From: Podarcis filfolensis
Taxonomy: Eukaryota
DNA: 64,000 bases
Assembly (NCBI GenBank): GCA_964270895.1
Contig: OZ185443.1
Direction: 5' to 3' (one strand)
Shown here one piece after another: positions 24,860 through 37,510 of this stretch. The stretch's first letter is position 1. Every line of letters begins with the position of its first letter. Both the position numbers and the translations under genes were made by a program. The notes below the pieces were generated by a model, which was not told the DNA's origin, did no database searches, and saw only the letters and a program-made list of their open reading frames with translations.

Positions 24860-25620
24860 TAGCTTACAGGTACTTGTGGATACTTTGCTGTCTCTTGAGG
24901 TACAGAGTGCCTTCCATCAGCCTTGGTTGGTGGCCCAGCTGCATCCCTATCTGGACACCAGTAACCTAACTAGTGTTCTCTATTCTCTGGTGACCTCTAG
25001 GTTAGATTACCACAACCTATTATACATAGGACTGCCTCTGAAGATGGTTTGGAAACTTCAGCTTGTGCAGAATTTGGTGGCCAAGTTGCTCACCAGGGCA
25101 AGACGGTTTGAGCACATTACACCAATTCTGGCCTGACTGCACTGGCTGCCATTAGTTTCTGGGCCCAATGCAAAGTGCTATGTTTGGACCTATAAAGCCT
25201 TAAGTAGCTCAGGACTGCAATACCTCAAGGACTATCTCTCGCCATATGAACCAACCTGGATGCTGCAATAATCATATGAGGCTCTTCTTCGTGGGCCTCT
25301 TCTATGAGAGGTCTGGGGGGTGTCCATATGAGAATGGGCCTTTTCTGTGTTGGCTCCCCATTTGTGAAATGCTCTCCCCAGGGAGGCTTGCCTAGTGCCT
25401 TTATTACATGTATTTAGGCACCAGGTGAAAATTTTTCTCATTAGCTAGGCCTTTGGGTGATTAACATTCTATGGCTTTTAAGGGGGGGAGGGGAGTTATT
25501 GGTTTGTGCTTATGTTATTGTATATTTTGTGCTGTAATTTTGCATTTTGCTGTTGTGAACCACCCTGAGATCATCGGATGAAAGGCAGCATACAAATTAT
25601 TATTAATAATGATAATAAAA
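24860..25620 (+). mobile_element. L2 LINE 3' fragment
   Basis: LVTSRLDYHNLLYIGLPLKMVWKLQLVQN..EHITPILA(L)HWLP L2 RT C-terminal signature, with 3' end gtgaaccaccctgag..ggcagcatacaaattattatt. Confidence 0.85.
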
Positions 25621-26180
25621 CTTGCCATGAAACCCAGACCAACACATGACAAGCACACGGTCCGCTTACCACATGTCAGTGGACGACAGAAAATTGTACA
25701 ACTGTGAAGAGGTTATACTGTGGTCATAAACAAGTATGCTGCTGTAGGTTTTTTTTAAGCAGACAAAGAGTAGCATTTAGCTGTAGAAGAAAAGGAAATT
25801 TATCAAGAAAGGAGATGGCACTTTCCAGTATAATAATGCCCACTCAAGAGCTCATAACCCACCTACTCTCAGCAGCCAGAAACATCTTAGCCAGACACTT
25901 TCAGGAGTAAACATGGACCAATGGTATCAAATAGTATGGAAAACAGCCTTATTAGAAAAACTAACTAATAAACTGTAACTGACATGGGGACAAATAGAAG
26001 AAGATGCCTTCACCCCGGTATGGCTCCTCTTTATCATATACATAGCCCAACAAGACAACGACAAGAATCCACTAACAGTATACTAATCAATCTGGATAAC
26101 CTGATAAAAAAAAAAACCCACTCACACATGAAAACAAAGTTCACCACAGCTAATCACAAACAAACAACCATATCCTAGGC

Positions 26181-26318
26181 CAGCGGTTCTCAACCTGTGG
26201 GTCCCCAGATGTTGTTGGACTACAACTCCCATCAACCCTGAGCTCTGGCCTTGCTAGCTAGGGGTGATGGGAGTTGTAGTTCAACAACATCTGGGGACCC
26301 ATAGGTTGAGGAAGGCTG
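26181..26318. mobile_element. hAT hairpin MITE (same family as 9214)
   Basis: Palindromic; 8-bp TSD TCCTAGGC/CCCTAGGC. Confidence 0.8.
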
Positions 26319-29050
26319 CCCTAGGCCAACCCCAACCTGTCTCGCCACCAAAGGAATACAAGAGAATAATAAAGAGAACCCGCACAAGCAGCGCCGACAC
26401 AAAACCCCACACATACATTAAGTAGAACAGAAGCATTGCCACCCCACCCTACCCCCACTCACCACAGCCCCCTCCACCTCTTTCCCCCTTTTCTTCCTAA
26501 TGTAACACTAATGTCTCAACAAATGAAACTGATCTGTAGAAAATGTAACTTGAAAAAAGCACATATTTTTGTAAACCAAGAAATCTTTAATGAAAAATGT
26601 TAAAAAAAGAAAAAGAAGATGGTACTTATCAATATTCTGATGAAATAAATAAATAAAATAAAATAAAATAAGGACATATTTCAGATACAACAACAACTGC
26701 TGTACTTTAGGCTGCAAACACACTAATCAATTTATAACACAAAAATACAGTCGTTTCCCCCCCCCCCCCCAATCTGGAATAATTCATGCTCTTCCACAGC
26801 CTGCTGCTTTCAATCTAGTTTCCAGCGCCTGCTACCAAGAAGGGTAGGTGCAGTTGCAAGATATGCATTTGACAACCCTCCCCTTGATTAGGCCATACAT
26901 GTTTTCTCCTCTCTGTTCATGCCCAGACGTACACGAAGAAGGAAGAGAAGATTGTGATGCTAGTAGCTGAGACCACCTACATCTATTTTCAAATGGACAC
27001 ACTGAAGTAATCAATCTACAACACATTTTAATTTCTGTAATGAAACCAGTCTCTTAAGCACGTTTCAGGGGCAAAAAAGTATGCAATAGATCTATTTTGT
27101 GTGCGGACTACATAGAAAGTCTCCATTGTACACAACCTTACTATTAGTATTAGAGTTGACTGCGTAACATTGCACCTGTTCGCTTATCGGGTACCAAATG
27201 GGTTACCTACTGAGATGAAGTCACCTGGAGCTGGACCAAAATGCCCTTGCAGCAAGAGACCACTATGGGGTAAAAATCTGCTATTTTGGAAGAAGTGCGC
27301 AAACTCTGGCTGAATCTGCAGTGTGCACAGAAAGGTTTGGGCATAATTATTTATGTTTGGATAGATGAATTTTCACATAACAAGCAGGCAGATAGCAGGA
27401 CCTGTGTGTATCATGAATGGGTACATTATGGGGAGTCGGATTTTTGTTGCATGAATGGATCCTACTTTTGTGCAACCTGTAAATGATGTGATGGGTCTGT
27501 TCACACAACCAGCTAAATGTGACCATGTCAGGGGCAAGGCAAACCTCTCTCCTCAACACATTCATTGTACCTAGATTGAACATATGAACTGGGCTATTGC
27601 TGTCAACACTGGAGGGGGGATATTCAGGATTTTATATATATTCACATACACGCACACACACATATACACCACTGTACCACAAAAAAGATATCAAAAGTGG
27701 CTTACGACAATTAGAACATAAAACCAATCAGTAAAGACATAAAAAGGTGAAAAACAAGTTAAAAACAAAAATCAGAATGAGGGCAATCGGTTTTGGATGG
27801 GATCACCCTAGGAAGCAGTCCTTAACAAACAAACAAACCCACAGACACAGCAGTGAGAATAGTGACTGAAAGCACCCAAAAGCACAATTTCCCCACCCTT
27901 TGAACACGGTAATGGATGAACAGTTAGTGCAGCTCTAATTTACAGATAGCTTTTTCCAAAAATGAGGGGGTGGGGATGACTTTCAGTATTTTTATTATGC
28001 CTCCAGGCTGACCTAGTGAACCTAATATTTTTCAGTTGCTCAACAGTTTCATAAAAGCAGGCAGGTGGTACCCCTTACAACAGGGCTGATGTGAAACTAA
28101 AGCACTGCCCGTAATGAAGACAGAAACGAGAAAGTGTGCACTCAGAGACCAGGAAAAGAACAAAGATGCAGATTGTTTCATTGGTCTCTTCTAATTTTAA
28201 TTAGGGTCTTCTTGGTGGGGAAGATTGAGATTATTCCAAGGAAGTCCCTGGTTCTTTACACATTCTCATTCGCTCCCCACAGAATGAATAATCACCCTCC
28301 TGCTTTTTTGCTCCGTGCTCTTTTTTTTTGACAGAAGACACCCACAAAAAATCTAAATTCTGCATTGTTTTGCAATTAACATGCTGAGTAAATGCAGCCG
28401 CATCCCCAAAGGATTTTGAGTGATGCAAAATGTCCTTTCACTGTGAGATACAAAAGCTGAAGCTTGTTAATGTTAAAGAAACCTGTGCTCTTTGAAGTCT
28501 GGAAACACTGAATCTGTTTTCAGTGAGGGACTATTCTTCCCAAGGCTCTCTTGTTAAAGGAACAAAAGGAGAGAAAAGCGCTTCCCCCTTTCTCAATGCG
28601 CTTCGGAGAATCTATTAGCTTTTGTGCAGAAGCATCAGCGACTGGCAGAAATTGCCTGCCATTTTGATTGGGCTGCATTAAGATACATTAATCGGTTGCC
28701 CGCCGTCTCAAACCTCCCCTGTTTTGCTCCCGTTTCCAATCATCCTCTCACTCCCATAACTCAGCTGTCAGAGATGCTTCCAGCACTTCTGCTGTTGTTG
28801 CATCTCGCAGGCAGACCTCCATCCCTAGAAGAAAATAAATCCTTGTACATAATACACCAGAGATGTGAACCGGATATGGAAGACATTAAAATGGAGGGTA
28901 TTGTTGTCCAGGCTGCTGCTGAACTCAAATTTTAAGAAAAACGATTGCCCTGAGTCAGCTTTATGGCTTTCGTGAAAGGAAATAGTTTACACTTCCTCTG
29001 GTTTGTTTGCTTGTTCTTTCACCACTCAGGAAAGGGAGTGGGGAATCGCA

Positions 29051-29228
29051 GAATCATCGCATTGTAGAGTTGGAAGGGCCCTTGAGGGGCATTTAGTCCA
29101 ACACCCTGCATTGCAGGAATTTAAACTAGATAATATATGACAGATGGCCATCCAATCTCTGCTTATAAACCTCCAAGGAAGTAGAGTCTACCACCTCTCT
29201 TGGGAGTCTTCCACTGTCAAACAGCTCT
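29051..29228 (-). mobile_element. CR1 3' fragment
   Basis: Reverse complement of the CR1 3' end (agagttggaaggg..gtccaac..ccatccaatctctgctt..acctccaagga..ttccactgtcaaacagctct). Confidence 0.7.
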
Positions 29229-30456
29229 CACTGGGTGGACTGCGTGGACCCCACCCGTTTACCTCTCAAAGCTTTCACTCTCTCTTGAAATCTCTCTTCA
29301 AAGTCCCTTTCAACTTTCCCTTGTGGTACCTGATGACTATCAGTCTCATGAAGGAGTTAAAAGAGAGAAACTCTCATGTTTGGGGAAATGAAACATTTAT
29401 TTCACCCGCCTGTAAGTTTTCGCCAGCCAACCCTTATGATGAAGACCTATGAATCAGGAAACTTAAAAAAGCAGCTAACTCTGAATAGTCTACTATCAGC
29501 TCTGATAGGTGATAACTGTACCATTTCCAGCCCTTCTGCAATAGACTTTCTTCACAGAGCGACTGTTACATTAGACAAATAGCCCTACCCCAACCCCTTA
29601 ACTGCAAGGCCTGCTACTGCGGCTTCTTAGAAAATTTTATCGTCCCTTCTCCTGTTCTCCTGCTGTTGCTGTGGAAATTCCAGCTGCCTTCCTGCTTCAG
29701 CCCTGGCTACCATCATTGCTCCAGGTGCGGGAGAAGATGGGATTTTTTTCCTCTCCCAAAGGGCAGATATATTAGACAGAAGCAGGGCACATTTTTGCAA
29801 AGTGAAACCGAGAAGACTTCCCCCCACCATTACTGCAGCAAGTCCAGCTGCTTGTTGAAGGGGGGGGGGATGAGGTGAAATTGACAAATGGTTTCTCTCC
29901 AGGAATCCATAGAACAGAATAGCTGTGTGAAAGGCTGCCTACACCTGGGGAAATGGTACAGATGTTAAATTTCACTAAAAAGTTAGATTATCTGAGGATG
30001 TGGGTGAAGGAAGCTGAACATGGAAAATCTGCAAGGTGTGTGACATCAGGCAAGCACCCCTTAAAGGTGAGCGAATAGAGAGCGGCTATTCAGTGTCAAT
30101 ATGCAGATATCCAGATCTATTTCTCCATGTCACCTGAGACAGGTGAGAGCATGCAGGCCCCCAGAGCAGTGTCTGGATGCAGTGATGGACTGGTTGTTGG
30201 GCAATATTGAAACCAAGTGACAACAAGATGTAAGTCCTTTGGGATGGTATTCCCAGGTCTGAGAATTAGGTAATTTTCAGTCAGCACCTTTTAGCACCAC
30301 ATATTCCCCCTGCCTGGCAATCTGTTAATTAGTGCCAACACTTAGCCCACTTCTTAAAGAAGTTATTGTAATCATGGAGCATGGCCTAAATAAAAAGTGC
30401 TTTACCACAAATTAGAAAGTGCTCTAGAAGAAATTGAACATACACACACACACACG

Positions 30457-30689
30457 TACATTCTGGAGGCCCGTTCACAACATGAAAGGAACGCAACCCG
30501 CAGCTGTGCGTCTGCGCACACGCGGATTGCAGCTCATCGCTTCTGTGCATGCACGTGACGTCATTTTGCACGTGTGCACATGTGCAAGCAGCAAAACCCG
30601 GAAGTAACCCTTTCCGGTACTTCCGGGTCGCCGCGGGACGTAACCTGAAATAACGTAACATGAAGCGGACATAACATGAGGTATGACGG
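30457..30689. mobile_element. Truncated Tigger/mariner-type MITE
   Basis: Right end GAGGTATGACGG|TA resembles the 58046 TIR; no left TIR found; CpG-rich interior. Confidence 0.55.
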
Positions 30690-30974
30690 TATATATAACA
30701 ATTGACTGGAGGAAAATAGATGAAAGCAACAGCATATTCAGGTGAAGTGTGCCTTCCCAGACTGCATGGCCATACCATAACTGCTTATATGGACAGGAGA
30801 CAGAGGGATATACAAACTGAAAAGAGCACTCTATCCCCAAAGAGCGAAGAGTCAGTTGCAATTCCACACACAGCAACAGCACCATAGGAATTGTTAGCAG
30901 TGCTAGGAGCTGCCAGTCTGGAAGCTATCGTGTGCCCAAGTACTTAAGAGAAGGTGACATGACAGAAGTGCATG

Positions 30975-31585
30975 CAGTTATTCAGGACATAGAAAAAGTG
31001 CACAGAAAAAAGTTCTTCTCCCTCATAACTCTAGAACTCGTGGAGATGCAATGAAGTACAGTGGTACCTTGGGTTACAGACGCTTCAGGTTACAGACTCC
31101 GCTAACCCAGAAATAGTACCTTGGGTTAAGAACTTTGCTTCAGGATGAGAACAGAAATCATGCTCCGGTGGTGCAGCAGCAGCGGGAGGCCCCATTAGCT
31201 AAAGTGGTGCTTCAGAGTAAGAACAGTTTCAGGTTAAGAACGGACCTCCGGAACGAATTAAGTACTTAACCTGAGGTACCACTGTAGAATGTTGAGGGAT
31301 TCAGGAAAGACAAAAACACCTCCTCAGGACATAGTTAAAATTATGGAGCAGCGATGGGCACCAATTTGGATTAGAAGTAAATTAGACAAATTCATGGAGG
31401 TAAAGGCTATGAAACATGACCGCAGTATGCTTCTGAATTCCAGGTGTTGGGAATCTCAAGAGGGACACGTGCTGCTGTGCTCACGTCCTCCTTTGGGGCT
31501 TCCACAGGTTGGCCACTGTGAGAACAGGATGCTGGACTAGATGTATCATTGGCCTGATCCTGCAGGCTCTTCTTATGTTCTTATA
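30975..31585 (+). mobile_element. Older CR1 3' fragment interrupted by a Tc1/mariner MITE
   Basis: ctcataac..tagaactcgtgg..caatgaag|TA-MITE-TA|gaatgttgagggattcaggaaagacaaaa..ggccactgtgagaacaggatgctggactag..ttcttatgttctta tail. Confidence 0.7.
31059..31284. mobile_element. Tc1/mariner MITE
   Basis: TIRs CAGTGGTACCT(T/C)GGGTT / AACC(T/C)GAGGTACCACTG with TA TSD. Confidence 0.88.
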
Positions 31586-31865
31586 AATTTGACAGTAATC
31601 CCTACTGAATAACCAATGGGATTAAGAGTAAATATCCCTAGGATTGTTACTTAGGACCACCTACAACTGGATACATTACTGTGAAAGATAAGGCATACAT
31701 GTACTGCAGTTTGCATGTGCAAGTGAAATGTGTTCTTGAAAAAGTTTGTGTATACATGCTGCGCATTTATGTGCCCACTATTATCAGATAAAGTCGTTTC
31801 TTTTAATGCAGAAATAGCCAGATAATAATTGCTGGTTTAAAAGCAGCCTGTAAGTATTTATCTTA

Positions 31866-32098
31866 AAAGGTAAAGGGACCCCTAACCATTAGGTCCAGTC
31901 GTGACCGACTCTGGGGTTTCCCGCCGGAGTGGTACCTATTTATCTACTTGCACTTTGACGTGCTTTCGAACTGCTAGGTTGGCAGGAGAAGGGACCGAGC
32001 AAAGGGAGCTCACCCCATTGCGGGGATTCGAATCGCTGACCTTCTGATCAGCAAGTCCTAGGCTCTGTGGTTTAACCCACAGCACCACCCACGTCCCT
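31866..32098 (-). mobile_element. Sauria SINE, internally deleted
   Basis: Same family. TSD TATTTATCTTA (31855-31865, 32102-32112). Confidence 0.85.
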
Positions 32099-32714
32099 TT
32101 ATATTTATCTTACTCGGCACCAAATCCTGTGTTCTTGATCACAGAGTAAATGAACCAGACAGTAGAAAATGGAGGGAGAATTCAGCCATAATACTGTGGA
32201 GGTGGTAAAGAAACAGTGTTTTGTTTGACTCACGTCTGTGTGATCATCTTCCTTCTCTGAGCTAACTTTCAACCAACTGCATGACAAAGTGAGAATGTGG
32301 TTTTGCATTTCCTGTGGTTTGCTTTCTGAGCAAGATCTAAATCAAGAGGCAGTGAATGCTGTGGTCGTTAATGCTCTAAAAAGCATGTGGATACAGCAAG
32401 GAGGCTGGAAAATAAATATCATAAGGATGGCTTGCCCATCACTTCTTGTGTCACCTGCACCTATCACCGCCATTCAGTAAGAATGGCTGCTTTCCCTCTC
32501 TGTCTGCTCACAGTGTGTGCTCATCCGACAGTCAAATATAGGAGAGCTCTGTGGCTACCTCAGTTCTGGCACTTTCACTTTTTTCTCACTGTTGAAGACA
32601 GAAATGGGAAGGGTGGGGAGGCAGACCACAGAGGCAGCAGCCGTAGCACATTGCTGTGTTTCTCCCAGACAGAGAATTCTCCAAAGCGTGCTTTGGCTAA
32701 ACTTAGGTGGAATC

Positions 32715-33144
32715 TAGACACATATGGAAGTGAGAGCTGGACCATAAAGAAGGCTGATCGCCGAAGAATTGATGCTTTTGAATTATGGTGCTGGAGGAGA
32801 CTCTTGAGAGTCCCTTGGACTGCAAGAAGATCAAACCATTTCCATTCTTAAGGAAATCAGTGCTCACTGGAAGGACAGATCCTGAAGCTGAGGCTCCAGT
32901 ACTTTGGCCACCTCAGTAGAAGAGAAGACTCCCTGGAAAAGACCCTGATGTTGGGAAAGATGGAGGGCACAAGGAGAAGGGGACGACAGAGGACGAGATG
33001 GTTGGACAGTGTTCTCGAAGCCACCAGCATGAGTTTGACCAAACTGCGGGAGGCAGTGGAAGACAGGAGTGCCTGGCGTGCTCTGGTCCATGGGGTCACG
33101 AAGAGTCGGATACGACTAAATGACTAAACAACAACAACAACAAC
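32715..33144 (+). mobile_element. BovB (RTE) LINE 3' fragment
   Basis: YGSESWTIKKADRRRIDAFELWCWRRLLRVPWTARRSN..SLEKTLMLGKMEG..RRRGRQRTRWLDSV; tail cgactaaatgactaaacaacaacaac. Confidence 0.92.
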
Positions 33145-33718
33145 AGACACATATAAAAACCGCTCTGAAAATACATTGAATTTTCCATAAGGCTCATCAC
33201 CGCCATCTAGTGTCACATTGCATATTGCACTTAAAACACACTTTAAACATTTTATTTGCAGCTGCATAGCTGAGTCCTTAGACTCAGTGTTCTCTGCATA
33301 CAGAAACCAACAGAGGTGCCATCCTATCCTCAGCCGTCTGGATCTGCCCTGCCTGTGGTAGCTTAGCATGGGTCTTTTTCTCTGCTTTTCGTTATTAAAA
33401 AAAAAAAAGTGGACTAGCACAGCTTCACCTGCACAAGCAGAATCTGAATGTGGTGTCATTTCTAAAAGGTCATCTAGAAGACAAACCTGGGATTATCAAG
33501 GGAGGCGCTTCTGTCAATCCCACCCTCACAGGCACATTTGGTGGGGATGCGGGAAACAGCTGTCTTGGGAGCTGCTCCCAGATTCTGGAACTCTCTCCCT
33601 GAAGCTAGACTGGCTGCTTCTTTGTTGTCCTGGTGAAGACGTTCTTGCTCTGACAGGCTTAGGGGAACCGACTACTTTCAATGAAAGGACTGGTGCCATG
33701 CTGTTTTTATTGTAATTA

Positions 33719-33966
33719 CAGTGGACCCTTGGGTTACATTACCTTCAGGTAACATAACTTTCGGGTTGTGAATGTGGCAAACCCAGAATGTATTCTTCTG
33801 GGTTTCACTGCGCGCATGAGCGGAAATGCTCTGCACACCTCGCGCATGCGCAGAAACACTCTATCACACCGCACACGTGCGCAGAAGCGGCACCTCTACT
33901 TTCGGATTTTTGGGGGTACGTATGGAACTCTGAAATGAATTACATTCATATCCAGAAGGTCCACTG
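33719..33966. mobile_element. Tc1/mariner-type MITE, related TIRs, different interior
   Basis: CAGTGGACC../..GGTCCACTG with TA TSD; CpG-rich interior containing GCGCATGCGC. Confidence 0.75.
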
Positions 33967-35933
33967 TATTTGTATATTTTAAACAAGATTTTATATATGT
34001 ATATAGTTTTCATTATATCAGTGTTTAATGGTTTTTAATTGATTGTTTCTTCTATGTTTTCAGCCATTCTTGTTTTTATATGTAAGCTACTTTGAGGTCC
34101 GCAGGGAAAGAAGCAGAGTATAAATAAATGTATCATCATCATCATCATCAAATTTATCTAATAGAATAATTACAACTCCCCACTTCTGCCACCAGGACTC
34201 TGTAAAGCAGTTGAGCTACTGCTGCATTCACAGCCCGGCAACTTGTGAAGGAGGACTTTCACACAGACTTTTACTCAAAGTGATGTGGAGATGTGGAGAA
34301 CTGAACTTAAGTTTGGAAAAAATGAAAAATCAAAGGAAACTTAAATCGACAGATTCGCCCAAACCTACTCATAGTTTGGCAATATTGGGGTATCTGAAAA
34401 TAGATGCTTGCTCTTTTGTCTTGATGTACAGGATACGCAGAAGTGTGTGTTTGTGTGTGTTTTAATAAAGGACAGAACACAGAATATAAATGTTTGGGGT
34501 GATTAATCTGCTGTCCTACAAATACTGTTGGACTACTATGGACTGATGAGAGTTCAGTAACAACCTTTAGAGGTTAGTTACCTTCAAGGTAAATGGTAAT
34601 ATTCACAGGTTCCGCCTCCCCGCCAAAAAATATTCTTATCATAGAAGATCTTTTGGTAGTTGCTTTAGTAAAAACGTGGATAATAATTCACTACCGTGAG
34701 TGGAATGTTGGCCAATGTAACCACCCTATGAACGCTCAATTGGAAGTGCATCAGGTACAGATCTAGATTTGCATGACTTGGACCAGCCGTTGAAACACAA
34801 TTCCGTTTGTAATTGATGCACAAGTTTCTTCAAAATCAGATAAGCCTGACTGCAGGCTAATTTATTAAACAGTGGCTTGGACAAAGAAGCCTGCCAGGTT
34901 CAAGTAAGGACAGAGAAAAGTATGTGTTGTGACTAAAATGATAAACGAGGTCATGTGTTATCAAGAGGGAGGTCAGCAGTTGCATAAATCAATCCTTGGA
35001 AGCATCGACTCATGAAGTATCTTTTTTGTTGCAGGTCTCCAATTCCTGCAAAAGGAAATGCACGCGTTCCAAGCTGCCCAAAAGCAGGTCAGTTTATCTG
35101 CCCGTCTAGCCCAGTATTTATTGTTGTGACTGGCAACAGCTCTCTGAGCAGAGGCTCGTGTTTCCCCATAACCTGCTACCTTTAGCTGAAGATGTCACAA
35201 GTGACCATGACAAGCACGAAAAGCTTGCCACTGAGCTATGGCTCCTTGCCCTAAAACATATTTGGGAAACTATTAGTCTCCTGCACATTTACAAAAAAAC
35301 CAGGGGTGGCTCAACATGTTTTTGCCCAAACAGTACACTATATGAAGTTTATATTGAAATCAAAAGTTAAGATTAATGCTCTCATTTCAGTATCCATTCA
35401 GTGATGCCACCAGAGTGCTGTTTGGGGAAGAGGTCCAGGGCCCTGCAGCAGAACTGGCTTACCATAATTTGAAGTAAGTGAAATAAAATACACCGCCATC
35501 TCCCTTCCACACACAGGCAGAAGAGGAGGGAGAACATTTCTGCTTGTTTATTTTCTTAAACTCTACAGTTTCACACTAGCATTTCCAATGCTTGTTTTTG
35601 TCCTCCAATAGGCTTTAAAACTTGTGGCTGTCTTAAATGTTGCCTATGAAGTTGTGATGAATACTGTTGTTGTTGCTGCTGCTGCTGTTGTAGTAAAAGC
35701 AGAGCATCATAGGATTAAAATAATAATAATAATAATGAAACTTTTAACTTTTGAAAAAAACAACCACCTGATAATGTTTTTTAACAACAAGAATTAGAAA
35801 GCTTCAGTGCTCTGGGGGCAACCTTTTTTTGAAATTCTCACTTTTTGCAAAGCTCAGGGACCTAGAGAAACATAGGGAAAACATAGAGCTATTAAGTTCA
35901 TAAAAACACGATGCTTTGCAGACCCCCAATCTA

Positions 35934-36023
35934 CATAGCTGTCAATGTTTCCCCTTTTATAAGGGAAATTCCCTTATTCTGAATAGGATTCCTCACAAGA
36001 AAAGGGAAAAGTTGACAGCTATG
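35934..36023. mobile_element. 90-bp hAT-type mini MITE
   Basis: TIR CATAGCTGTCAA../..TTGACAGCTATG; 8-bp TSD CCAATCTA/CCGATCTA. Confidence 0.75.
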
Positions 36024-36726
36024 CCGATCTAACTGGTGGAGTTAACATCAGCCTGGAAGTGGGGGAAAGACTCCCCAGTCACAATTCACTTGATTATTGA
36101 GCCCCCATACAGAGCTCAGCAAAGGAGAGTCTTATTCATCTCTGAGTACAATTTTAACAGATTCAGCTGTGCTTACAGTGGTTTGGATATTTCCTTTAAA
36201 GTTGCTTTAATTTGAATAGTTCTGCTTTTCTAAGCAGCACATCACAAATAGTAATGTGATTTTTCTTTTCATTCCAAAAGGTTAAACATAGGTGGACATT
36301 TTACTCTTTTTAATTGGTAATTGAGATTCATGAGCCAACTTTCCATTGAGGACAAAATTGGTATTCTTAGGATATCTGTGAATATTCTTGCCTCATATTA
36401 GTTGTTCCCTGAAGTGATAAGTGATGCAAAAGGAGTCAGAAAAGCTTTTTAACTGTGACTTACGAACAAACTTCTAGATAGGACACTCACATCATGTAAG
36501 TTGTTTTATTATTTCATGAAAAAACACTGCTAGAAAACAAGTGCAGGAAATATTAAGAGTCCCAAATAATACTCCATCGGATTCCTCATCTGTTGCAGTG
36601 AAAACAACAACCACGACTACCTTTTCTGAATTTGTCCCAAATAATTTAGATTCTGGCATTTAGCTCAAGTCATCTGTAAAAAATCTTCACTGGCCTTAAG
36701 CAATAAGAACATATCCGCCCCCCCCC

Positions 36727-36767
<41 letters not shown>

Positions 36768-37188
36768 TTGTTGATATTCTTCCTTCAAGCATGACTTGAG
36801 ACTAACAAGCCATTCCCACTGAAACTAGGTGTTCTTGCCTTTCTGCACCCAGTGGATTTTGGATTAAGCTATCTTGTGCAACAACAACTGTGTTTCTAAC
36901 AATGAGCAGGACTATATAATATCAAAGCAATTCAGAAAGCTAGATAAAGTCATTAAGGTGGAGCCACGATTGTCAAGTAATTCAGTAAACCTGACTGGAA
37001 GAAGGTTTATAGCAAATAAAAAGAAATGTTTCTTAATGCAATTCACACTTCTAGCATTCATTGCCACAAAATACGTTGATTCTCACTATCTTCAATGGCT
37101 TTTTGAGGGGAAAAGACCAAATCTATGACATCTTAAAATAAAAATACTAATAAATAATAAAAACAATTATGACTTGCATCAGTGTATA

Positions 37189-37414
37189 CAGTGGTACCTC
37201 GGGTTACAGACGCTTCAGGGTACAGGCTCCGCTAACCCAGAAATAGTACCTCAGGTTAAGAACTTTGCTTCAGGATAAGAACAGAAATCGTGCTCCGGCG
37301 GCGCAGTGGCGGCAGGAGGCCCCATTAGCTAAAATGGTGTTTCAGGTTAAGAACAGTTTCAGGTTAAGAACAGACCTCCAGAACGAATTAAGTTCTTAAC
37401 CCGAGGTACCACTG
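37189..37414. mobile_element. Tc1/mariner MITE (same family as 31059)
   Basis: Same TIRs and interior, TA TSD. Confidence 0.9.
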
Positions 37415-37474
37415 TAATTCAATGTACCAGTGTAAAAAGGCGCAAGAAAATTCAAATTCATATGCTTCATTGAA

Positions 37475-37510
<36 letters not shown>

